DNA of 64,000 nucleotides. Source: Phycisphaerales bacterium. Lineage in GTDB: Bacteria > Planctomycetota > Phycisphaerae > Phycisphaerales > UBA5793. A model generated the notes under the pieces. It was given only the letters and a program-made list of their open reading frames with translations, did not search any database and was not told the DNA's origin. The stretch is from contig JAPKGW010000011.1 of assembly GCA_026647365.1 (NCBI GenBank), positions 49,881-113,880 of the forward strand, written 5' to 3'. Within the stretch, counting starts at the first letter, position 1. Each line of letters opens with the position of its first letter. Position numbers and translations under genes: made by a program. Of this stretch, positions 40,743 through 50,204 are shown piece by piece.

Positions 40743-40847
40743 CGAATGTGCGATTGGTACTGCCATCGGTCACAGCGGGGCGCGGAGGGCGCGGTTGACG
40801 GCGGACGCGGCGCGATGCCGCCCGAGTCGGGACGGCAATAATGCACC

Positions 40848-41675
40848 ATGTCTCTGCCGCTGGTGCTGATCCTGCTTGTCCTCGGTATCCTGCTCGCCCA
40901 GGCGCTTTCGGACCCTCTGGCCGTTACCTTGCGCTGGCTGCGGCTTGGAGACCTGATCGCGCTGAGCCTGCTCGCACTGGCGGGCGCGGCGCTGGCGCTT
41001 GATGCCCCGCCGGGGGCTGGGGGCGCGCTGGCTCTCGGCTTGATTCTCGCCGGGATCAGCGCAGTCGCTCACCTGATGCTCGTGCAGACGGCCCATCGCC
41101 GCGCCCAGAGGCGCGTCGCCGGCGCAGCGGCCGCAGCCGTCGCCACGCTCCTGATCGTCCCGTGGTGCGCGGCTTCGCTGGCGCCCTACCGGGTGCTGGT
41201 CCTTGATGCAGCCGGCGATTCTCCGGCCGTGGCATTCCCGGCTTGCGAGCCTCTGATCGGCGCATGCCTCGTGCTGGCGGGCTGGCTGACGGGCGGTTCG
41301 CTCATGACCATGCTTCTCGGCCACGCCTACCTGACGGCCGGCAGCGAAATGACCCAGCGGCCGTTCCTGCGACTCGTGCGTCTGCTCTTCGCCGGTCTCG
41401 CGGTGCGCCTGCTGATCGCGGGGGCGGCGGGTCTGTGGGGGTGGCTGGAAGTGCGATCCGAGCGAGGTCCCGCCGTCATGGAGGCCGTGCTCATCGGCGC
41501 GCGGTTTCTCATGGGACTCATTGTCCCTCTCGTGATGACCTGGATGGCGATGCAGTGCGTGCGGCTGCGGTCCAACCAGTCCGCGACGGGGATTCTCTAC
41601 GTTTCAAGCACGATGATCCTGGTCGGCGAGTTCATCGCCCTGTCGCTGATCACAGCCCACCGCCTGCCCTTCTGA
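40848..41675 (+). CDS. Hypothetical polytopic membrane protein (about 8 TM); no recognisable family
   Basis: Continuous hydrophobic segments throughout. ATG start. It ends 100 nt upstream of the IOR-like gene on the same strand. Confidence 0.55.
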   Translation: MSLPLVLILLVLGILLAQALSDPLAVTLRWLRLGDLIALSLLALAGAALALDAPPGAGGALALGLILAGISAVAHLMLVQTAHRRAQRRVAGAAAAAVATLLIVPWCAASLAPYRVLVLDAAGDSPAVAFPACEPLIGACLVLAGWLTGGSLMTMLLGHAYLTAGSEMTQRPFLRLVRLLFAGLAVRLLIAGAAGLWGWLEVRSERGPAVMEAVLIGARFLMGLIVPLVMTWMAMQCVRLRSNQSATGILYVSSTMILVGEFIALSLITAHRLPF

Positions 41676-41775
41676 CTGTTCGCGGAGCGGTTTGTGCCGA
41701 TAGGATGGGCCCGGCAGAAGCGGCCCGCTGAAAGGCGGACCGCGCGGCTGCGAACCGCGGACATGGAGCCGGGAA

Positions 41776-44700
41776 TTGAGCGAAGCATCCTCAACCACAA
41801 CCTGGAAGTCGCGGGCCAGGCGCGAGCGCGACCTGAGCGTGGGAGTGGACTGGCTGCTGCGGGGGGTGCTGGCAAGCGAAGCCGGCGTTGACCTGCTCCT
41901 CGCCTCGCGTGCCGAGCCAATTCCGGGCCTGAACGAATCACTGGCGCGCTTCCGCTCCGCATTGGACGATTCGGGCATCGGTACTGAAGTTGCGGAAAGC
42001 GACGCGATCATGGCGGGTCTGCTTCGCGCGGCGCTTCTGGCGCGAAGGCGTGTTATCGGGATGTTCGAGTTGCGCGGCCTGCGGCAGGCCGTCGATGCGC
42101 TCTATGACGCGAGCCAGATTCGCGTCAGCCCGCGAGGCGGCGGCGTGCTGGTCGTGAGCCACAGCCGGTGGAATTTCGGCCGCGTGCTCGATTCGCCGCG
42201 CCCGTCGAGCGGATGGCAGACGGTTCGCCGCACCAGCATCTCCGATCCACGCGACCTGGCCGCCTATCTCGATCTGCCGATCCTCGCGCCCAGCACACCG
42301 AGCCAGTGCGCTTCGACCGTGAATGAGGCGATCCGTCTCTCACGGGCATCAGGCTCACTTGTAATGCTGTATGTCTCACCGGTGGTCATGGGAGGCGGAG
42401 AGACGGACGTCCACGTCGAGGAGCCGATTCACCGCGCAGGCGGCTCAGCCGGGGACCTGCGCAACGAAGAACGTGAGACGCCGCTGTTGAGCGAAATTCG
42501 CCGCAGGCGTCTTGACCATCTCTCCAACGCTCCGCTGCCCGGCGAAGTGGTTCCATGGGGCTTCATCACCTTCGGCTCAGCGCATGCCTCGCTCCGCCAC
42601 GCTCTGGCCCTGTTGGGATTGAGCGGCCGCCTGCCCATCCTCCGCCTCGGGTGCGTGAACCCCTTCGATCCGCTGCCGGTCGATCAGTTCCTTGGGCGCT
42701 GCGAGCGGGTCGTCGTGGTCGAGAATGGCCGTGCCTTCATTGAACAGGGAGTTCAACTGGTGGCCGAGCAGAAGCGCCGGCGCGGCCATCGCACGGCGGA
42801 CGTATTCGGCAAGGCTCTGCCGGCGCTGGACGGCCGCGCACCGCGTGCGATTGCGAGCGAGATCGAGTTGCACCCGTCCGACCTCGCGGAGGCATTTGGC
42901 GAGATGCTCAGTGAAGAGCGCACCGCCGGAGGGCATGAGACTGTGGCCCAGAGGCTGGAATCTCTGCGAACCGCGAAGCCGGCAGTGGCGAGGCTGGTCC
43001 TCGAACGCTCTCGTCCGAAGGCACGCGAGCCGAATCTCATGCGCCCGCTGGTGGATGCGGCGATCGAACAGTTGCGCGATGAATTGAGTGTGGCCGTGTC
43101 CGACCGGTCAGCGACGGACCTGCGCGTCGAACCGCTCGAGACGGCGACGCTTGAGCGTCCCGAGGGCCGGCGGCAGATCATCGAGATGGAGCGCCGCCGC
43201 GTGCCGAACGTCGGCAGTTCTGCCATCACGCACGCTGTCCTCCGCCGCCACGACACAACGTTCCTCGTCATGCCCGACTCGACCGAGCGGTCCAGCGGCA
43301 TTGAGCCCGCCGACGTTGATCGTCTGGCGCGCAGCATGGTCAGCGAACGCGAGAGCAGGCAGTTGCGCATCGTCCGGACCGACCCGACCAACCTGCAGGC
43401 CTTTGTGCGCGACCTGCGTGCGGCCGTGCTTGCCGGCGGCGTGACAGTCGTGATCATCGACGCCCGGAGCGAGCGGCAGGCGGAGAATGTGGCCGGACCG
43501 TCGGCGCACTGGACGGAGCGCGGATTCGCGCCCGTTGAATCCACGGTGATTCCCTCCTCGCCCGGGGCGGCGCTGGCGTATGCGTGGCTCGTGCGACGGG
43601 GATGGACGCACACGGCGCTTCTTGACGGAGTGCATGGACCGCGCCTCCTGCAAGCCGACCCGGACAATCCGCTGACCACGCCGCTGGACGCCTGGCCCGG
43701 ATTCGAGGAGTACCGCCTGCACCGGCGGCGGCCTCCGGACGGGGCGGGCCTGGCCTCCGCTCCACTGCCTCCACCGGCCGCGCCGCGCCACCAGCACGTC
43801 GCCGCATGGCACGCGCACATCTGTGGGCGAAGCGAGCCCGACGTGGTGCAGGCCCTGCATCTGATCGAGTCGGCCGGCCGGCGCATGGGATATCGCGTCC
43901 AGGCGCTCAGCGGCCGTGCGGGTTCCGGCTGGTTCGCCCAGGTTACGTTCACCCGTCCACGACCGGACGAGGCGCCTCAGCCCATCACGGCGATCATTCC
44001 GTGGGGGCACGCGCACCTCGTCGTCGCCCTTGACTTCGAGTCACTTGTTGATGCGATCGAGGGCGAAGGACGGCTTTCCGTCGCGTCGCCGCAGTGTACC
44101 TCGCTTGTGCTGGACGCATCGCCCGCAATCGCCGCGTCCTTCGACGAGAGCCTGCCATCGGGCCGATACATCGTGCCGGGCGAACTGAACTCGGTCATTC
44201 CGCCCGTGGAGAGGTTGACGCTGAGGTTGGGCGAATTGTGCGAAAGGCGGCTCAAGTCGCGCCGGCACGTGGGGGCGGCATTGGTGGGAGCGGCCTTCCA
44301 GCGGGGCCTGATCCCGGTGAGCGAGACAGTGCTTCACGACGCCGCTGCCTTGGAGGATGAGCATGGCTTGAGCCGCCAGGTGCATGCTCTCGCGTTCGGC
44401 CGCGCCCTCGCCGCCTTCGCGCCCGATCAGTCCGCCGCGGAAGAACCGACGCCTCCCAGCCCCGAATCCCTCGTGCGCCTTCACACGCGCATCATGTCCA
44501 GGCGGCGCTTCGCTCGCGCGCGGGCCGAGCCCTTTCGCCAACTCGCGCTGGGGACCCTCGATGCGATCACGGGCCTGCGACGAACTGATCCTGCTCGCGT
44601 ATCGGAGCGGCGCTTCATTGCGCGCCTCATTGACTGCGACTACTGGGGCGGCCCAGCCGCGCCCCGGACCTATGCCCGTCTTGTCAGCGCCATCTACGCG

Positions 44701-45249
44701 GCCGAGCGCTCGCCCGCCAACTACCCGATTACGAGGCTGGCGATCGAGGAGATCGCGCGGGCAATGCTCGTGGCGGACGGGCCGTTCGTGGCGCAGACGG
44801 TTCTTCGCGAGGATCGGCGTCGTCGCCTGGGACGCGACCTCGGCGCCGATCGTGCCGGTGGCGACAGCCTCACGCTTCGCGTCCGAGGCGAGGTACGGCC
44901 TGCCTGGCTGGCGCCGCTCATCGGAGAGTACTGGTCCCTCGGCCGCGGTGGCCTCGCCGTGCTCGCCCTGCTCCGGCCATTGCGCCTGTTCCCCGCCTGG
45001 CACCGCAGAGACGGCGAGTACCGCAATTGGGTGCTCCAACTCGCCGCTCAATGCGCCGACGACCTTCCCGAGCGGGCCTCGCTCTGGCTTGAGATCTTCA
45101 GGCAACTGACGCGTGTGCGCGGCCACGGCGTGCGGCGCGAGGTGCGCATCCGTCACGTGCGTTCGGCCGTTCAGTCGATTCTCGACCTCGCCGGTCCATC
45201 GCCCAGGCCTGCAGCGCGTCCGCCCGACTCCCCTGCACCGCCGGCGTAA
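41776..45249 (+). CDS. Divergent indolepyruvate/2-oxoacid:ferredoxin oxidoreductase-family protein (1157 aa) lacking Fe-S and TPP motifs
   Basis: Collinear by eye with fused IOR-family proteins: APSTPSQCASTVNEAIRLS; LRLGCVNPFDPLPVDQFLGRCERVVVVENGRAFIEQGV; GVTVVIIDARSE; ALAFGRALAAF; and a C-terminal LALLRPLRLFPAWHRRDGEYRNWV block. It has only 8 isolated Cys and no CxxC. The TTG start is uncertain. Confidence 0.55.
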   Translation: MSEASSTTTWKSRARRERDLSVGVDWLLRGVLASEAGVDLLLASRAEPIPGLNESLARFRSALDDSGIGTEVAESDAIMAGLLRAALLARRRVIGMFELRGLRQAVDALYDASQIRVSPRGGGVLVVSHSRWNFGRVLDSPRPSSGWQTVRRTSISDPRDLAAYLDLPILAPSTPSQCASTVNEAIRLSRASGSLVMLYVSPVVMGGGETDVHVEEPIHRAGGSAGDLRNEERETPLLSEIRRRRLDHLSNAPLPGEVVPWGFITFGSAHASLRHALALLGLSGRLPILRLGCVNPFDPLPVDQFLGRCERVVVVENGRAFIEQGVQLVAEQKRRRGHRTADVFGKALPALDGRAPRAIASEIELHPSDLAEAFGEMLSEERTAGGHETVAQRLESLRTAKPAVARLVLERSRPKAREPNLMRPLVDAAIEQLRDELSVAVSDRSATDLRVEPLETATLERPEGRRQIIEMERRRVPNVGSSAITHAVLRRHDTTFLVMPDSTERSSGIEPADVDRLARSMVSERESRQLRIVRTDPTNLQAFVRDLRAAVLAGGVTVVIIDARSERQAENVAGPSAHWTERGFAPVESTVIPSSPGAALAYAWLVRRGWTHTALLDGVHGPRLLQADPDNPLTTPLDAWPGFEEYRLHRRRPPDGAGLASAPLPPPAAPRHQHVAAWHAHICGRSEPDVVQALHLIESAGRRMGYRVQALSGRAGSGWFAQVTFTRPRPDEAPQPITAIIPWGHAHLVVALDFESLVDAIEGEGRLSVASPQCTSLVLDASPAIAASFDESLPSGRYIVPGELNSVIPPVERLTLRLGELCERRLKSRRHVGAALVGAAFQRGLIPVSETVLHDAAALEDEHGLSRQVHALAFGRALAAFAPDQSAAEEPTPPSPESLVRLHTRIMSRRRFARARAEPFRQLALGTLDAITGLRRTDPARVSERRFIARLIDCDYWGGPAAPRTYARLVSAIYAAERSPANYPITRLAIEEIARAMLVADGPFVAQTVLREDRRRRLGRDLGADRAGGDSLTLRVRGEVRPAWLAPLIGEYWSLGRGGLAVLALLRPLRLFPAWHRRDGEYRNWVLQLAAQCADDLPERASLWLEIFRQLTRVRGHGVRREVRIRHVRSAVQSILDLAGPSPRPAARPPDSPAPPA

Positions 45250-45527
45250 GTCGCGTGCCGGTGTGCCTCGCCCCTGCGGGGTTCGCTGTGCCTCGTCCCC
45301 TGCCGTCACGAGCATGTCGGGGCATCGTTTCATCCGAGATCATGGGAAAGTGGCCACAGGCGCGGCGGACCCGTTGCCTCGATCCCTTCCCGCCGCACGG
45401 CTATCATTCTTCGACCTGCCGTCAAGGAGGGCAGAGTCGTCGCCCCGTCATCCTGCGCAACGATGTCGATCGCAGCGTCGAAGCACTGACGCGGGCGGGC
45501 TTCAAATCCGTACCGGCAACCGGATAC

Positions 45528-46673
45528 ATGACGACCTTCACGGGCATTCTCGAATGGCCCCAGCGTGGTGATGGACGACTCCGTCAACTCAACGGGATGT
45601 TGATGGAGCGTCCTGATGACCCGATCGTTCCCATGGTGCTCGGCGAGCGCTTCCCGCTTCGTTCGGCCCAGGAATTGACGGTCGAGGTGGCCATGCGCAG
45701 GCCGCGCCGGCGGCGCGGCCGCAACCGCGGCCCCAACGCCCCGCCGCGTACCGCCCGCCCCATTGTCGAGCGAGTGGTCGCGATCGACGGACTCGAGCCG
45801 GAGATCTACGCCAAACGGCCGACGTTCGAACAACTCACCTCGATCGATCCCCAGCCGCGGCTGACGCTTGAGTATCCCGGCTGCCCGCCGGCCAACCGGC
45901 TTATCGATCTCTTCTGCCCGATCGGCTATGGAACGCGCGGGCTGGTCGTCTCGCCCCCCAAGGCCGGCAAGACCACCCTCCTTCAGCAGATCTGCCACGG
46001 CATCGCACACAACTATCCCGATGTGCACATCATCGCCCTGCTCATCGACGAGCGGCCGGAGGAAGTGACGGATTTTCGCCGCAACGTCCCCTGCCTTTGC
46101 CTCGCCTCGAGCAACGACCAGGACACGGAGCGGCACGTCAACCTTGCCATCTTCGCCATCGAGCGCGCCAAGCGAATGCTCGAATCAGGCAAGGATGTCG
46201 TCGTGCTGCTGGATTCGCTCACGCGCATGGGCCGGGCATTCAACGCCTCGCGCTCGCACGCCAGTTCCGGCCGCACCATGTCCGGCGGTCTTGACTCGCG
46301 GGCGCTCGAAGTGCCCAAGCGGCTCTTCGGCGCCGCCCGCAAGGCGGAAGAAGGCGGGTCGCTCACCATCATCGCTTCGTGCCTCGTCGACACCGGCTCG
46401 CAGGCGGACCAGATCATCTTCGAGGAGTTCAAGGGCACGGGCAACATGGAACTCATCCTCGACCGTGACGTGGCTGAGAAGCGCATCTTTCCCGCCATGA
46501 ACCTCGCCGCTTCGGGCACGCGCAAGGAGCACCTCCTGCTCACCCCCAAGGAACTCACGACGATCACGGCACTGCGCCGCTCACTTCTCAACATGCCCCC
46601 CCCGATGCAGATCGAACGCCTGCTCGCCGCGATGGAACGTATGCCGACCAACGCGCAACTTGTCGGCGAGTGA
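45528..46673 (+). CDS. rho: Transcription termination factor Rho
   Basis: Walker A VVSPPKAGKTTLLQ, ALLIDERPEEVTDF, the Q/R-loop region and a C-terminal Rho-type ending. Start is uncertain: ATG 45528 gives 381 aa, and the in-frame ORF extends back to 45255. Confidence 0.85.
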   Translation: MTTFTGILEWPQRGDGRLRQLNGMLMERPDDPIVPMVLGERFPLRSAQELTVEVAMRRPRRRRGRNRGPNAPPRTARPIVERVVAIDGLEPEIYAKRPTFEQLTSIDPQPRLTLEYPGCPPANRLIDLFCPIGYGTRGLVVSPPKAGKTTLLQQICHGIAHNYPDVHIIALLIDERPEEVTDFRRNVPCLCLASSNDQDTERHVNLAIFAIERAKRMLESGKDVVVLLDSLTRMGRAFNASRSHASSGRTMSGGLDSRALEVPKRLFGAARKAEEGGSLTIIASCLVDTGSQADQIIFEEFKGTGNMELILDRDVAEKRIFPAMNLAASGTRKEHLLLTPKELTTITALRRSLLNMPPPMQIERLLAAMERMPTNAQLVGE

Positions 46674-46761
46674 AGCTTCCTCCGTACAGAGGTTTCCGAT
46701 ACCACGCCGACGCGCCGGCGAGGACGAACCTCCCGAACGGCAAGGCCATCGCGCAAAGGAC

Positions 46762-46802
46762 ACACCCCGCGATTCGCTCGAAGACTCGCTCATCGTGGGC
46801 GT
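46762..46802 (-). repeat. REP-like hairpin repeat, copy 4 (long-loop subtype)
   Basis: acaccccgcgattcgctcgaagactcgctcatcgtgggcgt differs at 3 positions from the reverse complement of copy 2 (5658-5698). It lies between rho and the next gene. Confidence 0.75.
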
Positions 46803-46831
46803 CACTGCCCAGGTGGCGCTGAGCGATCAGC

Positions 46832-48979
46832 GTGCCTGCGCCTGGTGCTTCGATGACCGGCTTAGAATGGGCCGCGATGTCCCGTGCCTCTGTTGCTCCC
46901 GACTCCACGCCCACATGCGCATCCGGCACGCTCCTTGCGGGCGCCGCCGCGTTGGCGATGCTGCTCCTTGCCGCCGCCTGGCTGACGCGGCCTGGTCTCA
47001 ACGCCTTCGAGCACAGCCAATTCATTTCCACGCTGATCGTGCTGATGCGCGACGCTCCGGCGGTGCTCGGATGGCTCACGGCCGCATGGGGATTCGGATC
47101 GCTTCTCGCGGGCGTGCTCGATCGGCAAGACGATTCCGCTTGTCCCAGGCGCCTCGAACTGGGTGCGGGCGTCGCCGCAATGCTCTGGCTGGACCACACG
47201 CTCGGCGCCGCCGGTCTTCTCCAGTTCGGCGGCGGAGTCGGCGCCTGGGCGCTGCCGGCCATCGGATGGTTCCTTGCGATCCATCGACTGCGAACGGGAA
47301 GGAACGTGCCGTCAAGGAGTGCGGGATCGATAGAACGGGCAGCCGCGATACTCCTGGCCGCTGTTCCTGCACTGGCGCTGCTGCTCGTTGCCGCAACCAG
47401 CGCGCCCGGCTGGCTCTGGAGTTCGGAAGGGCACGGCTACGACGTGCTTGAGTATCACCTCATGCAGGGGCGCGAGTGGCTCGCGCTCGGCTCTCTCACG
47501 CCGCTCGCGCACAACGCCTATTCGTTCGCCCCCTCCTACGTGGAAGCGGCGTATTACCACCTCGCAATACTCCTCGATCCGTTCGCCGCGCGACCTGCAG
47601 ATGGAGCAATCCAGGCGGCCACGGCGTGCCAACTGCTCCACGCGGCGCTGATGATCTGGGCGGCAGGTGAGGTGGCCCTGCTCGCATCGCGATACACCAT
47701 GCGTTTCGCTTCCTTCGCCGCCGGTGCGATTGCGATCAGCGTGCCGTGGGTCGTTGTGACCGGCTCGATGGCGTACAACGAAGCGGTCCTCATCGGCGCG
47801 CTGGCGCTGTGCTGGAGACTCATCGAGGCCGGCCGGGCTTCCACTCGGACCCTGCTGCTCATCGGCTTCCTCGCCGGCATCGCCTGCGGCGCGAAACTCA
47901 CCGCCCTCGGAAGTGTCGCCCTGCCCGTTGGCGTGCTGCTCCTGGTGCGCTCGCCGATCGCGGACTGGCCGCGCACGATTCTCGCCGCTGCGCTCGGCGG
48001 AATCATCGCGCTGGCGCCGTATCTCATTCGCAACTTTGCCGCGCTCGACGGCGGCAACCCCTTCTTCCCCCTCTTCATGGACACGCTCGGCTCAGCGCAC
48101 TGGACGGTCGAGCAGATGCAGCGATGGAACAAGGCCCACGCCCCCGACAAGGAGTGGATCGAGCGGTTCGTCTCGCTGTGGACCATGGGCTTTGCGCACG
48201 CGCAGTGGGCCGGCCTCTGGCTCATGGCGTTCCTCGCTGCACCCATCGCCTGGGCGAACCCATCACGTCGAACCGCCGCGGGCCACGCGATCCTGATCCT
48301 CGCGCTGCAACTGGGATTCTGGCTCGCCATGACGCACCTTCAGAGCCGGTTCCTGCTGCCCTGCCTGCCGCCGCTGGTCGTGCTCGTCGGCCTGGCGATT
48401 GACACGATCGCAACGCGCTCGCGGGTTCTCGCCATCGGCATGGCAGCCATGGTCCCCATCGGGCTGGGCGGGTGGAGCATCCACATCTTCGAACAGGAGC
48501 GAGGCGGAAAGCCGGCCACCTATATAGACGGCGTACCGCTGCGCAGCGGCGTAGATTCGCCAGGCTTCAACCAGGGGTTCCTGCGCGAGTTGGCCGTTGC
48601 GAACAGCGATGTCTACCTGACGCACTTCACCGACGCCAGTCGCGGCGTTTACCTGGTCGGCGACGCGACCCCCTTCTACATTCTCCGCCCCGTCGTCTGG
48701 CACACGACGTGGGATGCCTCGCCGCTGGGCGAGATCATCCGCGTGTACGGCGACGATCATCGCGCCTGGGCGGCGGCGCTCATCGAGCGCGGCCTGCCGC
48801 TCGTACTCGTCAACGAGGCAGAACTGCACCGGCTCGGCATCATTGACGGGTGGTACGATCCCGACGTGGCCGCGTCGGACTGGCGCGGCTTCTTTGAGTC
48901 GCACGCGCGGCCGGTGATGGTCTGGCCGATCACTTCCGAGCATCGGCGCGTGCTCTATGAGATCATCCCGCCGCGCTGA
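46832..48979 (+). CDS. Large polytopic membrane protein, possibly a GT-C-fold (ArnT/PMT-like) glycosyltransferase
   Basis: More than 10 predicted TM helices, an early loop with GYDVLEYH (acidic-loop-like) and a soluble C-terminal domain. The family assignment is tentative. The true start may be ATG 46853 or 46877. Confidence 0.45.
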   Translation: MPAPGASMTGLEWAAMSRASVAPDSTPTCASGTLLAGAAALAMLLLAAAWLTRPGLNAFEHSQFISTLIVLMRDAPAVLGWLTAAWGFGSLLAGVLDRQDDSACPRRLELGAGVAAMLWLDHTLGAAGLLQFGGGVGAWALPAIGWFLAIHRLRTGRNVPSRSAGSIERAAAILLAAVPALALLLVAATSAPGWLWSSEGHGYDVLEYHLMQGREWLALGSLTPLAHNAYSFAPSYVEAAYYHLAILLDPFAARPADGAIQAATACQLLHAALMIWAAGEVALLASRYTMRFASFAAGAIAISVPWVVVTGSMAYNEAVLIGALALCWRLIEAGRASTRTLLLIGFLAGIACGAKLTALGSVALPVGVLLLVRSPIADWPRTILAAALGGIIALAPYLIRNFAALDGGNPFFPLFMDTLGSAHWTVEQMQRWNKAHAPDKEWIERFVSLWTMGFAHAQWAGLWLMAFLAAPIAWANPSRRTAAGHAILILALQLGFWLAMTHLQSRFLLPCLPPLVVLVGLAIDTIATRSRVLAIGMAAMVPIGLGGWSIHIFEQERGGKPATYIDGVPLRSGVDSPGFNQGFLRELAVANSDVYLTHFTDASRGVYLVGDATPFYILRPVVWHTTWDASPLGEIIRVYGDDHRAWAAALIERGLPLVLVNEAELHRLGIIDGWYDPDVAASDWRGFFESHARPVMVWPITSEHRRVLYEIIPPR

Positions 48980-48985
48980 ACGCCG

Positions 48986-49624
48986 ATGAAGATCGACACG
49001 CCCATTCTCGTCGCCACGTCCAACCCGCACAAACTCGCGGAGATCGCCGCAGTCATGGCGCCGCTGGGCATCGAGGTCGTCGGACTGGATGAGGCGGGCG
49101 TCAACCTGCCTGAGCCGGTCGAGGACGGAGAGACATTTGAGGCGAATGCCCGGCTCAAGGCGGTGTACTACGCCGCGCGCACCGGGCGCCTCTGCCTCGC
49201 CGACGACAGCGGCCTGGAGGTTGAAGCGCTGGGCGGCCGGCCGGGAGTGCAGAGCGCCCGATACGCCGGAATCGGCGCCACGCGAGGGGAGCGCGATGCC
49301 GCGAACAACGTAAAGTTGCTCATCGAGTTGCGGGACATTCCGCCCGATCGGCGCGCGGCGCAGTTCGTCTGTGCCATGTGCCTGGCGGATGCGACAGGCC
49401 GCGTGCTGGCGGAGACGCGCGGCGAGTTTCCGGGCATCATCATCGACCGGCCGCGCGGAACCAACGGATTCGGCTACGACCCCCTGCTCCTGCTGCCCGA
49501 CGTGGGACTGACAAGTGCTGAGTTGTCGCCTTCGGAAAAGAACAGGCGCTCACACCGCGGGTTCGCTGCGCGGGCGATGGCGGGGTGGCTCCTGCGCAAC
49601 TCAGCGGCGTCCGGGGGAGCATGA
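48986..49624 (+). CDS. rdgB: Non-canonical purine NTP pyrophosphatase (RdgB/HAM1)
   Basis: ILVATSNPHKLAEI, ETFEANARLKA, LADDSGLEVEALGGRPGV.SARYAG and FGYDPLL. Confidence 0.9.
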   Translation: MKIDTPILVATSNPHKLAEIAAVMAPLGIEVVGLDEAGVNLPEPVEDGETFEANARLKAVYYAARTGRLCLADDSGLEVEALGGRPGVQSARYAGIGATRGERDAANNVKLLIELRDIPPDRRAAQFVCAMCLADATGRVLAETRGEFPGIIIDRPRGTNGFGYDPLLLLPDVGLTSAELSPSEKNRRSHRGFAARAMAGWLLRNSAASGGA

Positions 49625-49628
49625 AAAA

Positions 49629-49660
49629 GTCCGCTCACACCGGTGGGTGTGTGAGCGGAC
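49629..49660 (-). terminator. Intrinsic terminator: perfect 12-bp stem followed by TTTTT on the minus strand
   Basis: gtccgctcacac (49629-49640) pairs with gtgtgagcggac (49649-49660). The minus-strand hairpin is followed by ttttt (plus-strand aaaaa at 49624-49628). It begins 5 nt after the rdgB stop. Confidence 0.55.
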
Positions 49661-50204
49661 GAGCAAAGGTGGGGCGTCCGGGCGGGCCATCCGCGCGGGG
49701 CCTGAGGTCGCCGTCGTGCCGACGCCTCCTTGCGGGTCGGTCACGAAGGCGTCGATCGCTTGGCCGATCGACGTTGTGCGTTCATCAGTCGGATGATGGA
49801 GGAGCCGCCGCGGTGAACCCGGCTCACGGTACGCAACTCGTACACGATGAGGCCCAAGATCAGCAGTGATCGAGCGAATGACACCCGTGGCCTGTGGTCA
49901 GTCGTTCATCAGCCGATCCTTGGCCGACTGCCGCAGACATACCGGAGTTTCGCCGAGGCGACGTTCGAGTCCGTTCGCCTCCATCCACCCTCGCCGCCGC
50001 TCTCCTTCTGATCGCGGCGGCGTGATGATCCGCACATCAACTTGTCAAACCGTCGCCGGCCCCCTCTCGGGGAGGGCGACGTGATCTTCGGCCATGCTCC
50101 GACAGGCGAACCCTCCTCCGCCCGTTGCACGACCGGTCATTCAATTTCTTCGCGATGCCTTGCTTGTCAGATTCACTGCTTGCCTGTTGGTTCCGTCGCA
50201 CCGC

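Noticed and set aside
40729-40847. A CtsR operator (GGTCAAA-type direct repeat) upstream of mcsA.
   Set aside because: No such heptad repeat is present in the 119-nt divergent intergenic region.
46588-47451. Overlapping ORFs 46588-47262 (minus strand) and 46660-47451 (plus strand) between rho and the large membrane protein.
   Set aside because: Both run across the REP-like copy and the N-terminal region of the 715-aa membrane protein. Their translations are Arg/Ala-rich with no features.
49909-50130. The 73-aa minus-strand ORF in the gap downstream of mraZ.
   Set aside because: Its Arg/Gly/Ser-rich composition, lack of a Shine-Dalgarno and lack of any motif make it unconvincing. It also spans the strong hairpin at about 50050-50080.
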